Below are positions 12,572-22,984 of a stretch of DNA of 64,000 bases, in pieces. The translations under genes and the position numbers were made by a program. The first letter of the stretch is position 1, and the number at the start of each line of letters is the position of its first letter. Location of the stretch: the NCBI GenBank assembly GCA_050246475.1, contig JBFWVZ010000006.1, positions 83,803-147,802 on the forward strand, read 5' to 3'. The notes below the pieces were generated by a model. The model was not told where the DNA came from, searched no databases, and worked only from the letters and a program-made list of their open reading frames with translations. Origin of the DNA: Hyphomonadaceae bacterium (GTDB taxonomy: Bacteria; Pseudomonadota; Alphaproteobacteria; Caulobacterales; Aquidulcibacteraceae).

Positions 12572-12585
12572 ATGCAATATTGCAT
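12572..12585. promoter_or_regulatory. Perfect 14-bp palindrome ATGCAATATTGCAT in the LysR / PQQ-dehydrogenase divergent region (candidate LysR-type operator)
   Basis: Read directly from the sequence. Lies 37 nt upstream of the LysR start and 93 nt upstream of the divergent gene. Confidence 0.4.
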
Positions 12586-12677
12586 AGCTCCCGCGCGCAG
12601 TCGAGCCGTCCGCGCGTCAGCCCTGTGCGCAAGTCGCCCCGCGCGCTATCTCGCTTCGCAGAAGTGAAGGTGCGGGC

Positions 12678-14009
12678 ATGAGAACAGCGATCTTGGCGTT
12701 GACGGCGGTGTTCGTCGTGGGGTGCACCGGACCGTCTGGCCCGCCGAACGCGAACGTGGACGGCGAATACGGCCCAAACCCGACATTGACCGCGCCCGAA
12801 CCGAGCGGCTTCCTCCCGACCGTGGTGACGGCTCGTCCCGTGGGTTGGGCCGCGGATGAGACTCCCGATGCGCCGGAAGGCTTCACCGTCACGCGCTATG
12901 CGGGCGATCTCAGCCACCCGCGCCGCCCCTATTTGCTGCCGAACGGCGACGTGCTGGTGGCCGAGTCTTCCACCCAGCCGAGCAGGGGCGGCGGGCTGAT
13001 GGGCTGGGCCGCCAACCAAGTGCAGCGCGGCGCAGGTTCGATCGTCGAGAGCGCGAACCGCATCACGCTGCTGCGCGATTCCGATGGCGACGGCGTCGTC
13101 GATGAACGCTTCGTCTTCCTTGAGGGCCTCAACCAGCCCTTCGGCATGGCTCTGGTTGGAGACAGCTTCTACGTCGGCAACACCGACGCCGTGCTCCGCT
13201 TTCCGTACACGGAGAATCAGACGCGCTTGGAGGGGCCCGGCCAAGTCGTCGTCTCGCTGCCGCACAATGACGGCGCCAACGGCCACTGGACGCGCGATCT
13301 CCTCGCCAGCCCGGACGGCCGCAGGCTCTTCGTCGGAATCGGCTCAGTCTCCAACATCGCCGATCAGGGAATGGAGATCGAAGAGGGCCGCGCCGCTGTT
13401 TGGGAGATCGATCTCGCCAGCGCTTCGCATCGCGTCTTCGCTTCGGGCCTGCGCAATCCCAACGGCCTCACCTGGAACCCGGAATCCGGCGCGCTATGGG
13501 TTGTTGTCAATGAACGCGACGCCCTGGGCGATCACCTCGTGCCCGACTACATGACCAGCGTGCGCGAAGGCGGCTTCTACGGCTGGCCCTATTCCTATTA
13601 CGGCCAGCATCTCGACGAACGCGTCACGCCGCAAAACGCCGAACTTGTCGCCCGCGCCATTGCGCCCGACTACGCGGTAGGCGCCCACACGGCCGCGCTC
13701 GGCCTTGCTTTCTACACAGGCCAAGCCTTCCCAGAACGCTATCGCAATGGCGCGTTCGTCGCCCAGCATGGCTCCTGGAACCGCGCCAGTCCTGCCGGCT
13801 ATCGCGTTATCTTCGTACCCTTCGCCGGCGGCGCTCCGGCCGGCGGGCACGAAGAGTTTCTCGGTGGTTTCCTGAACGCGGTGGGCCAGGCGCGCGGACG
13901 TCCCGTCGGCCTCGCGCTCGATCGCACAGGCGCGCTGCTTGTCGCCGATGACGTCGGCAATGTGGTCTGGCGCGTAGCGGCCGATGCGCCGGCGCCGCCC
14001 GCGGATTGA
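12678..14009 (+). CDS. PQQ-dependent sugar (sorbosone/glucose) dehydrogenase-family beta-propeller lipoprotein
   Basis: Lipobox ALTAVFVVGC; GLRNPNGLTWNPESGALWVVVNERDALGD..PDY, GGFYGWPY. Confidence 0.8.
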   Translation: MRTAILALTAVFVVGCTGPSGPPNANVDGEYGPNPTLTAPEPSGFLPTVVTARPVGWAADETPDAPEGFTVTRYAGDLSHPRRPYLLPNGDVLVAESSTQPSRGGGLMGWAANQVQRGAGSIVESANRITLLRDSDGDGVVDERFVFLEGLNQPFGMALVGDSFYVGNTDAVLRFPYTENQTRLEGPGQVVVSLPHNDGANGHWTRDLLASPDGRRLFVGIGSVSNIADQGMEIEEGRAAVWEIDLASASHRVFASGLRNPNGLTWNPESGALWVVVNERDALGDHLVPDYMTSVREGGFYGWPYSYYGQHLDERVTPQNAELVARAIAPDYAVGAHTAALGLAFYTGQAFPERYRNGAFVAQHGSWNRASPAGYRVIFVPFAGGAPAGGHEEFLGGFLNAVGQARGRPVGLALDRTGALLVADDVGNVVWRVAADAPAPPAD

Positions 14010-14150
14010 CGCGTCTTCACATCGATTGACGAGCGATGAACGCGATGAGCGCGCGCCGCATGTGAAGCGCGCGCTTCATTCCCGCTTAATCAGAAGCTGG
14101 TTTTGATCCACGCGCGCGCCGCGCGGGGGAAGTGTTTCGTGTATCGCATA

Positions 14151-16337
14151 ATGGCCTGTCTGACAGAGCAGCATGAGCCGTGGCTCATCGTCGTGGCCGG
14201 CCTCGTATGCGCGCTCGCGTGCGTTGGCGCCTTCGTCATCGCCGATCGCGTGTTCGCCGCCGAACCGCAGCGTCGCATGCAATGGGTTCTTCTCGGCGGT
14301 CTGGTTGCCGGCGGCGGCGCCTGGGCCACGCATTTCGTCGCGCAGCTTGCCTACGATCCAGGTTTGCCTGTCGCCTTCGATCTTGCTCTGACTTTGCTGT
14401 CCGCAACTGCCGGCTTTGCGTTGGCGACGCTCGGGTTCTTCATCCTTGCGCGCGCTCAGATGGCTGCCGCGCCTGCGGTCGCAGGCGCCTTCGTGGGCGC
14501 AGGCACGATTGCCTTGCACTATATTGGCATCGCGGGCCTCATCACGGGCGCAACGCAAAGCTGGGCGTTCGATCTTGTCGCGGCCTCCGCCGCACTCAGC
14601 ATCGGTCTTGCCGCCGCCGCCTTTGGGCTCTTCGCCGCGAAGCGCGGCGCGAAACTCGCGACGTTTGGCGCGCCGCTTCTCCTCGTTCTGTCGATCGTCT
14701 CGCTCCATTTCACCGGCATGGGCGCGTTGACCTTGACGCCCGATCCCCGCGCGCCCATCGCCGAAACCGGCGCCGATCGCGTCACCATAGCGCTCATCGT
14801 CTGTTTGGGCGCCGCTGGCGTTATGCTCGCCGCCGCTCTGATTGCGGGGGCCGATCGCCGCATCGCCGCATTGAAGCTCGCTGAGGCGGCGCGCTTTAAG
14901 CGGTTGGCGGACGCCGCCCTCGAAGGCCTCGTCATCCACGACATGGACGTGATCATCGATGCGAACGCGCGTTTCGCCAAGATGGTCGGCCGTGAACTCG
15001 AAACACTGGTCGGTTTGCGCATCGCCGATCTCCTGCCGGACGCAATGCGCCGCCGGGTCGCGGAAATGCGCGCCGATGGGCGTCCCATGTTCGAGGTGAC
15101 GATCCCGAACGGGGAGCAAAGCGTCGAAGTCGAGATTCAGACGCGTCCCTTGAACAGCGAGGAGGGCCTCTGGATCACCTCGGTGCGCGATATCGGCGAA
15201 CGCCGCCGCGCCGAACGCGCCGAGCAAGCCAACGCCGCCAAATCCCAATTCGTCGCCAACATGAGCCACGAATTGCGCACGCCCTTGAACGCGATCATCG
15301 GCTACGCCGAGATCATGGAGGAGGACGCCGACATGCGCGGCGATGCGCCCTCGGCGGGCGACGCCGCCAAGATCAGGAAGGCCGGCCATCATCTGCTTTC
15401 CTTGATCAACGAGATTCTCGATCTCTCGAAGATCGAGGCCGGCCGCATGGAATTGACCATCGCTGATGTCGATCCTGCAGCCATGGCGCGCGAAGCAATG
15501 GACACGATCCGCGCCGCAGCCGAGGAGAAAGGCAACCGGCTCGACGTGATCGTTGAAGGCGAGCCCGGCCTGGTCCGCGCCGATGCGTTCCGCCTGCGCC
15601 AATGTCTGTACAATCTCTTGTCCAATGCCGCGAAGTTCACCGAGCGCGGGCGCGTCGCCGTGCGCGTGCGCAAGGCCGGGGCGCGCGTCGAGATCGCGGT
15701 CGGAGACACCGGCATCGGCATGAACGCCGATCAGCTCGCGCGCCTCTTCCAGCCCTTCGTGCAGGCCGACGCCTCGATCACACGGAAGTTCGGCGGCACG
15801 GGCCTTGGGCTGACGATCACCCGCCGCCTTGCGCAGCTGATGGGCGGCGATGTTTCCGTGAAGAGCCGCCAAGGCCGCGGCTCCGTCTTTGCGCTGAGCT
15901 TGCCGGCCGTGGAGGCCGCGGCCGCCCCGCCGGTGGACGATGCGCGCCCCTACGTCCTCGTCATCGACGACGACGCCGCCACCGTGGAGCTGATCGGCCG
16001 CGTGCTCGATCCCGCGGGCCTCGCCGTACGCGGCGCGAAGAACGCCGAAGAGGGTCTGCGCGCCGCAAAGCTGGGCGAGCCGGCCGCCATCGTTCTCGAC
16101 ATTCACTTGCCTGATCGCTCGGGCTGGGAGCTCTTGGGCGAACTCGCCCACGCCGAGATCGCGCCCATCGTTGTGGTCAGCGTCGATCCCGATCATGCGC
16201 GCGCGAGGGGCGCAGGCGCCTGCGCCTCCTTCCAGAAGCCAGCGGCGCGCGACGAACTCGCAGCCGCGATTTTGCGCCACGCGCGATTCCGCGATGAGCC
16301 GGATTCGGACGATTCCTGGAAAGTCGCCGCCGCTTAG
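14151..16337 (+). CDS. Hybrid sensor histidine kinase: MHYT membrane domain - PAS - HisKA/HATPase - receiver
   Basis: Repeated MHYT-like helices (ATHFVAQLAY, LHYIGIAG, LHFTGMGAL); H-box MSHELRTPLNAIIGY; DTGIGM and GGTGLGL; receiver YVLVIDDD...VLDIHLPD. Start moved to MACLTEQHEPW. Confidence 0.85.
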   Translation: MACLTEQHEPWLIVVAGLVCALACVGAFVIADRVFAAEPQRRMQWVLLGGLVAGGGAWATHFVAQLAYDPGLPVAFDLALTLLSATAGFALATLGFFILARAQMAAAPAVAGAFVGAGTIALHYIGIAGLITGATQSWAFDLVAASAALSIGLAAAAFGLFAAKRGAKLATFGAPLLLVLSIVSLHFTGMGALTLTPDPRAPIAETGADRVTIALIVCLGAAGVMLAAALIAGADRRIAALKLAEAARFKRLADAALEGLVIHDMDVIIDANARFAKMVGRELETLVGLRIADLLPDAMRRRVAEMRADGRPMFEVTIPNGEQSVEVEIQTRPLNSEEGLWITSVRDIGERRRAERAEQANAAKSQFVANMSHELRTPLNAIIGYAEIMEEDADMRGDAPSAGDAAKIRKAGHHLLSLINEILDLSKIEAGRMELTIADVDPAAMAREAMDTIRAAAEEKGNRLDVIVEGEPGLVRADAFRLRQCLYNLLSNAAKFTERGRVAVRVRKAGARVEIAVGDTGIGMNADQLARLFQPFVQADASITRKFGGTGLGLTITRRLAQLMGGDVSVKSRQGRGSVFALSLPAVEAAAAPPVDDARPYVLVIDDDAATVELIGRVLDPAGLAVRGAKNAEEGLRAAKLGEPAAIVLDIHLPDRSGWELLGELAHAEIAPIVVVSVDPDHARARGAGACASFQKPAARDELAAAILRHARFRDEPDSDDSWKVAAA

Positions 16338-17299
16338 GCCGCGGCCGCCTCGCTCACCCCTGCGTGCGCGAGAAATTTCTCGGCTTCGAGCGCCGCCATG
16401 CAGCCCAATCCCGCCGCTGTCACGGCCTGACGATAAGTCTCGTCCGCCACATCGCCCGCGGCGAACACGCCCGCAACGTTCGTCTCCGTCGTGCCGGGCT
16501 TAACGATGAGATAGCCGTTCTCCTTCATCGCCAACTGGCCTTTGAAGAGGTCCGTCGCCGGCTGATGCCCGATCGCGACGAAGACGCCGTGCACCGCCCG
16601 CTCGCTCGCCGCGCCGGTCTTCAAATTGGTCAGCCGCACATGGGTCACGCCGCGCGGTTCTTCCGAGCCGAGAATTTCATCGATCGCCGTGTCCCACAGC
16701 ACCTCGATCTTGGGGTGCGCGAAGAGGCGCTCCTGCAGAATCTTCTCCGCACGCAGGCTGTCGCGCCGATGCACGAGAGTCACCTTTGACGCGAAGTTGG
16801 TGAGGAAGAGCGCTTCTTCGACGGCGGTGTTGCCGCCCCCGACAACGATCACGTCCTTGCCGCGATAGAAGAAGCCGTCGCACGTCGCGCACGCCGAAAC
16901 GCCGAAGCCCTGGAAGTGCTGCTCGCTCGGCAAGCCGAGCCACTTCGCCGATGCGCCTGTGGCGATGATGAGCGCGTCGCCCGTGTAGGTCGTGCCGCTG
17001 TCTCCGGTCGCGCGAAAAGGACGGCGCGAGAGATCGACGCTTGTGATCTGGTCGGTCGCGAACTTGGCCCCGACGTGCTCCGCCTGCGCGCGCATTTGCT
17101 CCATCAGCCAAGGGCCTTGGATCACTTCGGCGAAGCCGGGATAATTCTCCACATCCGTGGTGATGGTGAGTTGTCCGCCTGGCTGGATGCCGGAAATCAC
17201 GAGCGGCGCGCGCATCGCACGCGCGGCGTAGATTGCCGCCGTCAGCCCGGCGGGGCCGGAGCCGAGAATGAGGACGGGCGCGTGGATCGTTTCTGCCAT
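16334..17299 (-). CDS. trxB: Thioredoxin reductase
   Basis: GSGPAG FAD motif, redox-active CATCDG, GGGNTAVEEA NADPH motif. Confidence 0.95.
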   Translation of the reverse strand: MAETIHAPVLILGSGPAGLTAAIYAARAMRAPLVISGIQPGGQLTITTDVENYPGFAEVIQGPWLMEQMRAQAEHVGAKFATDQITSVDLSRRPFRATGDSGTTYTGDALIIATGASAKWLGLPSEQHFQGFGVSACATCDGFFYRGKDVIVVGGGNTAVEEALFLTNFASKVTLVHRRDSLRAEKILQERLFAHPKIEVLWDTAIDEILGSEEPRGVTHVRLTNLKTGAASERAVHGVFVAIGHQPATDLFKGQLAMKENGYLIVKPGTTETNVAGVFAAGDVADETYRQAVTAAGLGCMAALEAEKFLAHAGVSEAAAA

Positions 17300-17363
17300 G
17301 AGCCGCTTTCTGCGCAGATTCGCTTGGACAAATATGGCGATTGCCGCCGCGCGGCAAAGTCTC

Positions 17364-18377
17364 TCAGACGGCTGCCATCCGCTTTTGAATCATCGCCAGC
17401 ACCGCTTGCGCCGCGCGCTCGGTTTCGTTGAGCGGTGGATATTGCCAGAACTCCAGCGGCAGTTTGAACGGCCTTGATGCGCCCCGTTGCTGCAGGCTGC
17501 GGTGAAATCGTTCGATCTTTCCGCTCTGGCCGTTGACCGGGAGCACATGGATCGGCTTGCCGGTTGCCGCGGCCTCCGTCGCCATGCTGACGCTGTCGGC
17601 GGTCACGAAGATCACGTCTGCGGCGGCCAGGAGCGCGAAATAGGGATTGGCGCCGTCGGCGTGCGCGGGATCGTAGAAGAGCGCGCAGTGCGGGGCGAGG
17701 TGGGTTGCGAAGGCGGTGCGCGCCGGCTTCGGCGTGCGCCGTGAAAGCGTCACGAGCAGCGAGCCGCCGGTCGCGTTTTTCAGCCGCGCCAGCACATCGC
17801 TCATCAGTCGCGCGCGTCGCGCGTTGATCGTCTGGCGCTTGCTTCGGCCCCCGATCAGCACCGCGAAGCGCGGGCGGTTTTCGCTGAGGAGTTGATCCCG
17901 GAGCGGACCCGCTTCAGTCGCGATGCGCTCCACGCTCACCCTGTGGCACGCGCCCACAATGGCGAGCACATTGGGCCCCTCGAGATCGTCGTGCTGCGGT
18001 GGAATGACGAGATCGAACTCACGCGGATTGACGTTCGGGTCCTGCAGTTGAACGACGAACGATTTCTCGCGCGACCAGGCTTTGACGCCCATGGAGAAGG
18101 GGATCGATTGGCGCCCGCATCCTATCCAGATATCCGGCCAGGGCGCGCGCAACGGGTCTGAGCCGATCGTCAGCGCCTGCAGCGGCGCCGGCACGAAGCC
18201 GGGATGGGCCCACCGCCACGGCGTTCGCAGCGCAATGCGCTTTGTGGTGATCGTCGCCGGGACGCGCCGCGCGATCGCCTCCGCGAGGCCCAGCGCCTGG
18301 TTTTCAATGCCCGCGCGCCCATCGCTCACCGCCCAGATGCTGAGCGGCGACGCTGGCTGGAACCCCACGGAGCGCAT
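17364..18377 (-). CDS. ELM1/DUF1022-family (mitochondrial-fission-ELM1-like, glycosyltransferase-like) protein
   Basis: IWAVSDGRAGIENQALGLAEA start and overall length fit the alphaproteobacterial ELM1-like family. Confidence 0.65.
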   Translation of the reverse strand: MRSVGFQPASPLSIWAVSDGRAGIENQALGLAEAIARRVPATITTKRIALRTPWRWAHPGFVPAPLQALTIGSDPLRAPWPDIWIGCGRQSIPFSMGVKAWSREKSFVVQLQDPNVNPREFDLVIPPQHDDLEGPNVLAIVGACHRVSVERIATEAGPLRDQLLSENRPRFAVLIGGRSKRQTINARRARLMSDVLARLKNATGGSLLVTLSRRTPKPARTAFATHLAPHCALFYDPAHADGANPYFALLAAADVIFVTADSVSMATEAAATGKPIHVLPVNGQSGKIERFHRSLQQRGASRPFKLPLEFWQYPPLNETERAAQAVLAMIQKRMAAV

Positions 18378-18388
18378 CGGCTTGCTGG

Positions 18389-18862
18389 TCAGACCCAGCG
18401 GATCTTGAGAATTTCGTACGACTTGGCGCCGCCGGGCGCCGCCACTTCGACGACGTCGCCCACTTCTTTGCCGATCAGCGCGCGCGCCAGCGGCGACGTG
18501 ATGGAGACCTTGCCGCCCTTCACGTCGCTCTCGTCTTCGCCGACGATCTTGTAGTTCGCCTTCTGCTCGGTGTCCTCGTCGAGCACGGTGACGGTCGCGC
18601 CGAACTTCACCTGCTTGCCGGAGAGCTTCGAGACGTCGATCACCTGCGCGCGCGCGATCTTGTCCTCGAGTTCAAGGACGCGCCCTTCAATGAAGCTCTG
18701 GCGCTCCTTGGCCGCGTGGTACTCGGCGTTTTCCGAGAGGTCGCCGTGCGAGCGCGCCTCGGCGATCGCCTGGATCACCGTCGGGCGTTCTTCCGTCTTG
18801 AGACGTTTCAGTTCTTGGTCGAGGGCGGCGTAGCCCTCGGCCGTCATCGGCACTTTTTCCAT
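18389..18862 (-). CDS. greA: Transcription elongation factor GreA
   Basis: [22 protein letters not shown]...[20 protein letters not shown] is the classical GreA N-terminus. Confidence 0.95.
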   Translation of the reverse strand: MEKVPMTAEGYAALDQELKRLKTEERPTVIQAIAEARSHGDLSENAEYHAAKERQSFIEGRVLELEDKIARAQVIDVSKLSGKQVKFGATVTVLDEDTEQKANYKIVGEDESDVKGGKVSITSPLARALIGKEVGDVVEVAAPGGAKSYEILKIRWV

Positions 18863-18953
18863 GTATGTGAGGCTTTCGGTCTATTCCGATGGGGGGAGGC
18901 TGCACCCGACTTTCCGGGCCGTCAAGATTGGGGTCGATGGGCTGCCTAAAACG

Positions 18954-21900
18954 TCAGCCATACCCTTGGAGGGCCATGACGCTGAGATCGCCCTCCCTGA
19001 GCCGCCGAATCGCCTGGATGGAGGCTTTGGCGCCCGACACGGTTGTATAATAGGGGATATTTTGGCTGAGCGCGGTCCTGCGGATGGAGAAGCTATCCCT
19101 ATAGGATTGGGCGCCTTCGGTCGTGTTGAACACCAGCTGCACCTCGCCGTTCTTCATCGCATCGACGATATGGGGCCGGCCCTCGGCCACCTTGTTCACC
19201 CGGGTGACGGCGAGGCCAGACTTTGTCAGATGGGTCGCCGTGCCGCCTGTCGCAAGGATCGTGAAGCCAAGCTCGATAAGGTCCTTGGCGACTCCGATCA
19301 TCGCCTTCTTGTCCCCGTCCTTGACCGAGATGAAGACGGCGCCGGCGGTGGGCAACGTCGAGCCCGAGGCGATCTGGCTCTTGGCGAAGGCCGCCGCGAA
19401 GCTCTGATCGAGCCCCATCACTTCGCCCGTGGAGCGCATCTCCGGCCCGAGGATCGGATCGACGCCCGGGAACCGCCCGAACGGGAAGACCGCCTCCTTG
19501 ACCGCCACATGCCCCTTCGAGGGCCGGTCGAGCTTGAGTTCCTTGATCGTCGCGCCCGCCATGATCTTGGCCGCCGCCGCCGCGATCGGCCGGTTGATCG
19601 CCTTCGCTACGAAGGGCGCCGTGCGCGAGGCGCGCGGATTGGCTTCGAGCACGAAGATCTCGCCGTCCTTCACCGCGAATTGGATGTTGATGAGCCCCTG
19701 CACATTGAGCGCGAGCGCCAGCTTCTTGGTTTCCTCCTCGATCTCGCCGATGAGCTTCTTCGAGAGCGTGTAGGGCGGGAGCGCGCACGCGGAATCGCCG
19801 GAGTGGATGCCCGCTTCCTCGATGTGCTCCATCACGCCCGCGACAAACACGTCCTTGCCGTCGCACAACGCATCGACATCGACTTCGATTGCGTCGCGCA
19901 AATAGCGGTCGATGAGCACGGGCCGTTCATTCGAAGCCTGCACTGCCTCGGTGATGTACCGTTTTAAGCCGTCTTCATCGTGCACGATCTCCATCGCGCG
20001 CCCGCCCAGCACGAACGAGGGGCGCAGCACGACAGGAAATCCGATTGCGCGTGCACCGTTGAGCGCTTCCTCCGCCGAGCGCGCCGTCGTGTTCTCCGGC
20101 TGCTTCATCCCGATTTTCTGCAACAACGCCTGGAAGCGCTCGCGGTCCTCGGCGAGATCGATGGCATCGACGCTCGTGCCAAGGATCGGCGCGCCTTCCT
20201 CCTCAAGCGGCTTTGCAAGATTGAGCGGCGTCTGCCCGCCGAATTGAACGATCAGGCCTCGGATCGTGCCGTTGGCCTTCTCCGTCTCGATGATTTCGAG
20301 CACGTCTTCACTCGTGAGCGGCTCGAAATAGAGCCGGTCCGATGTGTCGTAGTCGGTCGAGACGGTCTCGGGATTGCAATTGATCATGATCGACTCAACG
20401 CCGATCTCCGCGCACGCGAACGAGGCGTGGCAGCAGCAATAATCGAACTCGATGCCTTGCCCGATCCGGTTAGGGCCCCCGCCAAGAATAATGATCTTGT
20501 CGCGGTTGGTCGGTTCGGATTCGCATTCAGGCTCGTCGAGATAGAGTCCCGTCTCGTAAGTCGAATACATGTAGGGCGTCGTCGCCAAAAACTCCGCCGC
20601 GCAGGAATCGATCCGCTTGAATTGCGGGCGCACGCCGAGCTTGCGGCGTGCATCGCGCACGGCGCGCTCGCTCGTGCCGGTCAGTTTCGCTAGCCGTCTA
20701 TCGGAAAAGCCTTGCGCCTTAAGCGCGCGCATGGCCGGCGCTTCCTTCGGCAAGCCGTCCGCGCGAACGCGCTTCTCCGCCTCGATGATCTCCGCGATCT
20801 GACGCACAAACCAGGGATCGTAGTGCGAAGCCGCGCAAATCTCCTCAACGCTGAGCCCGCGCCTGAGCGCCTCCGCCGCCACCAGCAAACGATCCGGCTT
20901 TGGCGCAATCAGCCGTTCGCGCACGGCAAGCCGCCCCGCGTCTTCATCGCTCGCCCCGCCGACTGCGATTTCATCGAGCCCGGAAAGCCCGATATCCAAG
21001 GAGCGCAGCGCTTTTTGTAGGCTCTCCTGAAACGTCCGCCCAATCGCCATCGCTTCGCCGACGCTCTTCATCGATGTCGTCAGCGTTGAATCCGCGCCGG
21101 GGAAGCGCTCGAACGCAAAGCGAGGAATCTTGGTGACGACGTAATCGATCGTCGGCTCGAACGAGGCGGGCGTTGCGCCCCCCGTGATGTCGTTGGCGAT
21201 TTCGTCAAGCGTGTAGCCGATCGCGAGTTTCGCCGCGACTTTTGCGATCGGAAAACCCGTCGCTTTGGAAGCCAAAGCGGATGAGCGCGAAACGCGCGGG
21301 TTCATCTCGATGACGACCATGCGCCCGTCGCGCGGATTGACCGCGAATTGAACGTTCGATCCCCCAGTCTCGACGCCGATCTCTCGCAGCACGGCGATGC
21401 TTGCATTGCGCATGATCTGATATTCGCGGTCGGTGAGGGTCAGCGCCGGCGCCACGGTGATCGAATCCCCCGTGTGCACGCCCATCGGGTCTATGTTCTC
21501 GATTGAGCAGATGATGATGCAATTGTCCGCCTTGTCGCGGACAACCTCCATCTCGAACTCTTTCCACCCGATGATGCTCTCTTCGACGAGCACTTCAGTG
21601 ATAGGGGAGGCGGCCAGGCCGCGCGCTACGATCTCCTGAAACTCCTCGAGATTGTAAGCGACGCCCCCGCCCAGGCCGCCGAGCGTCAGCGAAGGCCGGA
21701 TGATCGAGGGCAGCTGCACGAACTCGAGCGCGGCAAGCGCTTCATCCATCGTGTTGCACAGGCGCGAGCGCGGGCTCTCAAGCCCGATCTTGTCCATCGC
21801 ATCGCGGAACTTCTGCCGGTGCTCGGCCTTCTCGATGACGTCGGCCTTCGCGCCGATCATCTCCACCTTGAACTTCTTCAGCACGCCCGCGCGTTCGAGA

Positions 21901-22202
21901 TCGAGCGCGCAATTGAGCGCCGTCTGCCCGCCCATCGTGGGCAAGAGCGCATCAGGGCGCTCCTTCTCGATGATCTTGGCGACGATCTCCGGCGTGATCG
22001 GCTCGATGTAGGTCGCGTCTGCGAGCCCCGGATCGGTCATGATCGTTGCGGGATTCGAATTGACCAGGATGACGCGGTAGCCCTCGGCCTTGAGCGCCTT
22101 GACCGCCTGCACGCCGGAATAATCGAATTCGCACGCCTGCCCGATGACGATAGGCCCCGCGCCGATGATCAGGATCGAATTGAGGTCGGTCCGTTTCGGC
22201 AT
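18954..22202 (-). CDS. carB: Carbamoyl-phosphate synthase large subunit
   Basis: 1082 aa, [30 protein letters not shown], with a duplicated ATP-grasp half ([21 protein letters not shown]). Confidence 0.97.
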   Translation of the reverse strand: MPKRTDLNSILIIGAGPIVIGQACEFDYSGVQAVKALKAEGYRVILVNSNPATIMTDPGLADATYIEPITPEIVAKIIEKERPDALLPTMGGQTALNCALDLERAGVLKKFKVEMIGAKADVIEKAEHRQKFRDAMDKIGLESPRSRLCNTMDEALAALEFVQLPSIIRPSLTLGGLGGGVAYNLEEFQEIVARGLAASPITEVLVEESIIGWKEFEMEVVRDKADNCIIICSIENIDPMGVHTGDSITVAPALTLTDREYQIMRNASIAVLREIGVETGGSNVQFAVNPRDGRMVVIEMNPRVSRSSALASKATGFPIAKVAAKLAIGYTLDEIANDITGGATPASFEPTIDYVVTKIPRFAFERFPGADSTLTTSMKSVGEAMAIGRTFQESLQKALRSLDIGLSGLDEIAVGGASDEDAGRLAVRERLIAPKPDRLLVAAEALRRGLSVEEICAASHYDPWFVRQIAEIIEAEKRVRADGLPKEAPAMRALKAQGFSDRRLAKLTGTSERAVRDARRKLGVRPQFKRIDSCAAEFLATTPYMYSTYETGLYLDEPECESEPTNRDKIIILGGGPNRIGQGIEFDYCCCHASFACAEIGVESIMINCNPETVSTDYDTSDRLYFEPLTSEDVLEIIETEKANGTIRGLIVQFGGQTPLNLAKPLEEEGAPILGTSVDAIDLAEDRERFQALLQKIGMKQPENTTARSAEEALNGARAIGFPVVLRPSFVLGGRAMEIVHDEDGLKRYITEAVQASNERPVLIDRYLRDAIEVDVDALCDGKDVFVAGVMEHIEEAGIHSGDSACALPPYTLSKKLIGEIEEETKKLALALNVQGLINIQFAVKDGEIFVLEANPRASRTAPFVAKAINRPIAAAAAKIMAGATIKELKLDRPSKGHVAVKEAVFPFGRFPGVDPILGPEMRSTGEVMGLDQSFAAAFAKSQIASGSTLPTAGAVFISVKDGDKKAMIGVAKDLIELGFTILATGGTATHLTKSGLAVTRVNKVAEGRPHIVDAMKNGEVQLVFNTTEGAQSYRDSFSIRRTALSQNIPYYTTVSGAKASIQAIRRLREGDLSVMALQGYG

Positions 22203-22310
22203 GCGCGCGCGTTCTCTCCGCCTTCGGCGGCCCCTGGAATCGATCCTTTCGCGGATCGCGCGTGCTTAGCGGCGGGGGGCGGGCAGGGCAAGGGAGGCGC
22301 CCTGCGCCGG

Positions 22311-22811
22311 TCAGCCGCGCCAAGGTGTCACCCCGGGGATCCAGCGCCGGACGCCCGCGCGATAGGCGTCGTACTGCGCGCCGAAAGCATCGCCGAGCGC
22401 CGGCTCCTCGTAGAAGAAGACGAAGAGGTGCGTTGCGAGCCAGAACACGCCCGCCCAAACAAAGAGCTGCGCGTCGCCGAACAACAGGCCTTGCCCGGCG
22501 ATGAGCGTAAGGAGCGCCACATACATCGGATTCCGAACGTGCCGGTAAAGGCCGCTCACAACGAGCGTCTTCGGCGCAGCGATCGGCGCGGGCGTTCCGC
22601 GCCCCTCGAAGGCAAAGCGGGCGAAGCAATCGATGATCGCCCACAGCCCTGCGAGAATGAATGCGCCGCCAAGCCAGCGCAGCGGCTCAAAACCGAAAAA
22701 CGCCGGCCCAATCCGCCACTGTGTGATCGCCCAAGGAATGAGCCCCGCCATCGTGCCCGGCGCCAGGAGAAAGAAGAGCGCCGAGCCGATCGCCGCGCCC
22801 GCGCGGGTCAC
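22311..22811 (-). CDS. ICMT/PEMT-like membrane methyltransferase
   Basis: Multi-pass protein with LVVSGLYRHVRNPMYVALL...FYEEPALGDAFGAQY, as in isoprenylcysteine carboxyl / phospholipid methyltransferase-like families. The GTG start overlaps the upstream stop (GTGA). Confidence 0.7.
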   Translation of the reverse strand: MTRAGAAIGSALFFLLAPGTMAGLIPWAITQWRIGPAFFGFEPLRWLGGAFILAGLWAIIDCFARFAFEGRGTPAPIAAPKTLVVSGLYRHVRNPMYVALLTLIAGQGLLFGDAQLFVWAGVFWLATHLFVFFYEEPALGDAFGAQYDAYRAGVRRWIPGVTPWRG

Positions 22812-22978
22812 GAGGGTTCTTCCTCGCTTATCCGCACCCCGCGCGCGCGCAGCGCTTCGCGCAGCAGAAACTCGATCTGCCCGTTCACGCTGCGCAGTTC
22901 GCCCGCCGCCAGGCGCGCGATCGCCTCATAGAGCACGGGATCGAGCCGGAGCGCGAAGGCCTTCTTTTCTGCGGGCAT
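22808..22978 (-). CDS. 56-aa Arc/CopG-type ribbon-helix-helix protein (below the track's size cutoff)
   Basis: Hand translation: MPAEKKAFALRLDPVLYEAIARLAAGELRSVNGQIEFLLREALRARGVRISEEEPS. This is the beta-strand/helix/helix pattern of RHH (HicB/Arc-like) proteins. It starts 7 nt after the SPFH stop and overlaps the next gene by 4 nt. Confidence 0.6.
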   Translation of the reverse strand: MPAEKKAFALRLDPVLYEAIARLAAGELRSVNGQIEFLLREALRARGVRISEEEPS

Positions 22979-22984
22979 CGGACT

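Noticed and set aside
14063-14078. 16-bp perfect palindrome TGAAGCGCGCGCTTCA between the PQQ dehydrogenase and the histidine kinase.
   Set aside because: It is most simply a GC hairpin that ends the upstream gene. There is no repeat copy elsewhere in the window and no associated feature.
14076-16280. 734-aa minus-strand ORF.
   Set aside because: It is antisense to the MHYT hybrid histidine kinase, which has all the kinase and receiver motifs.
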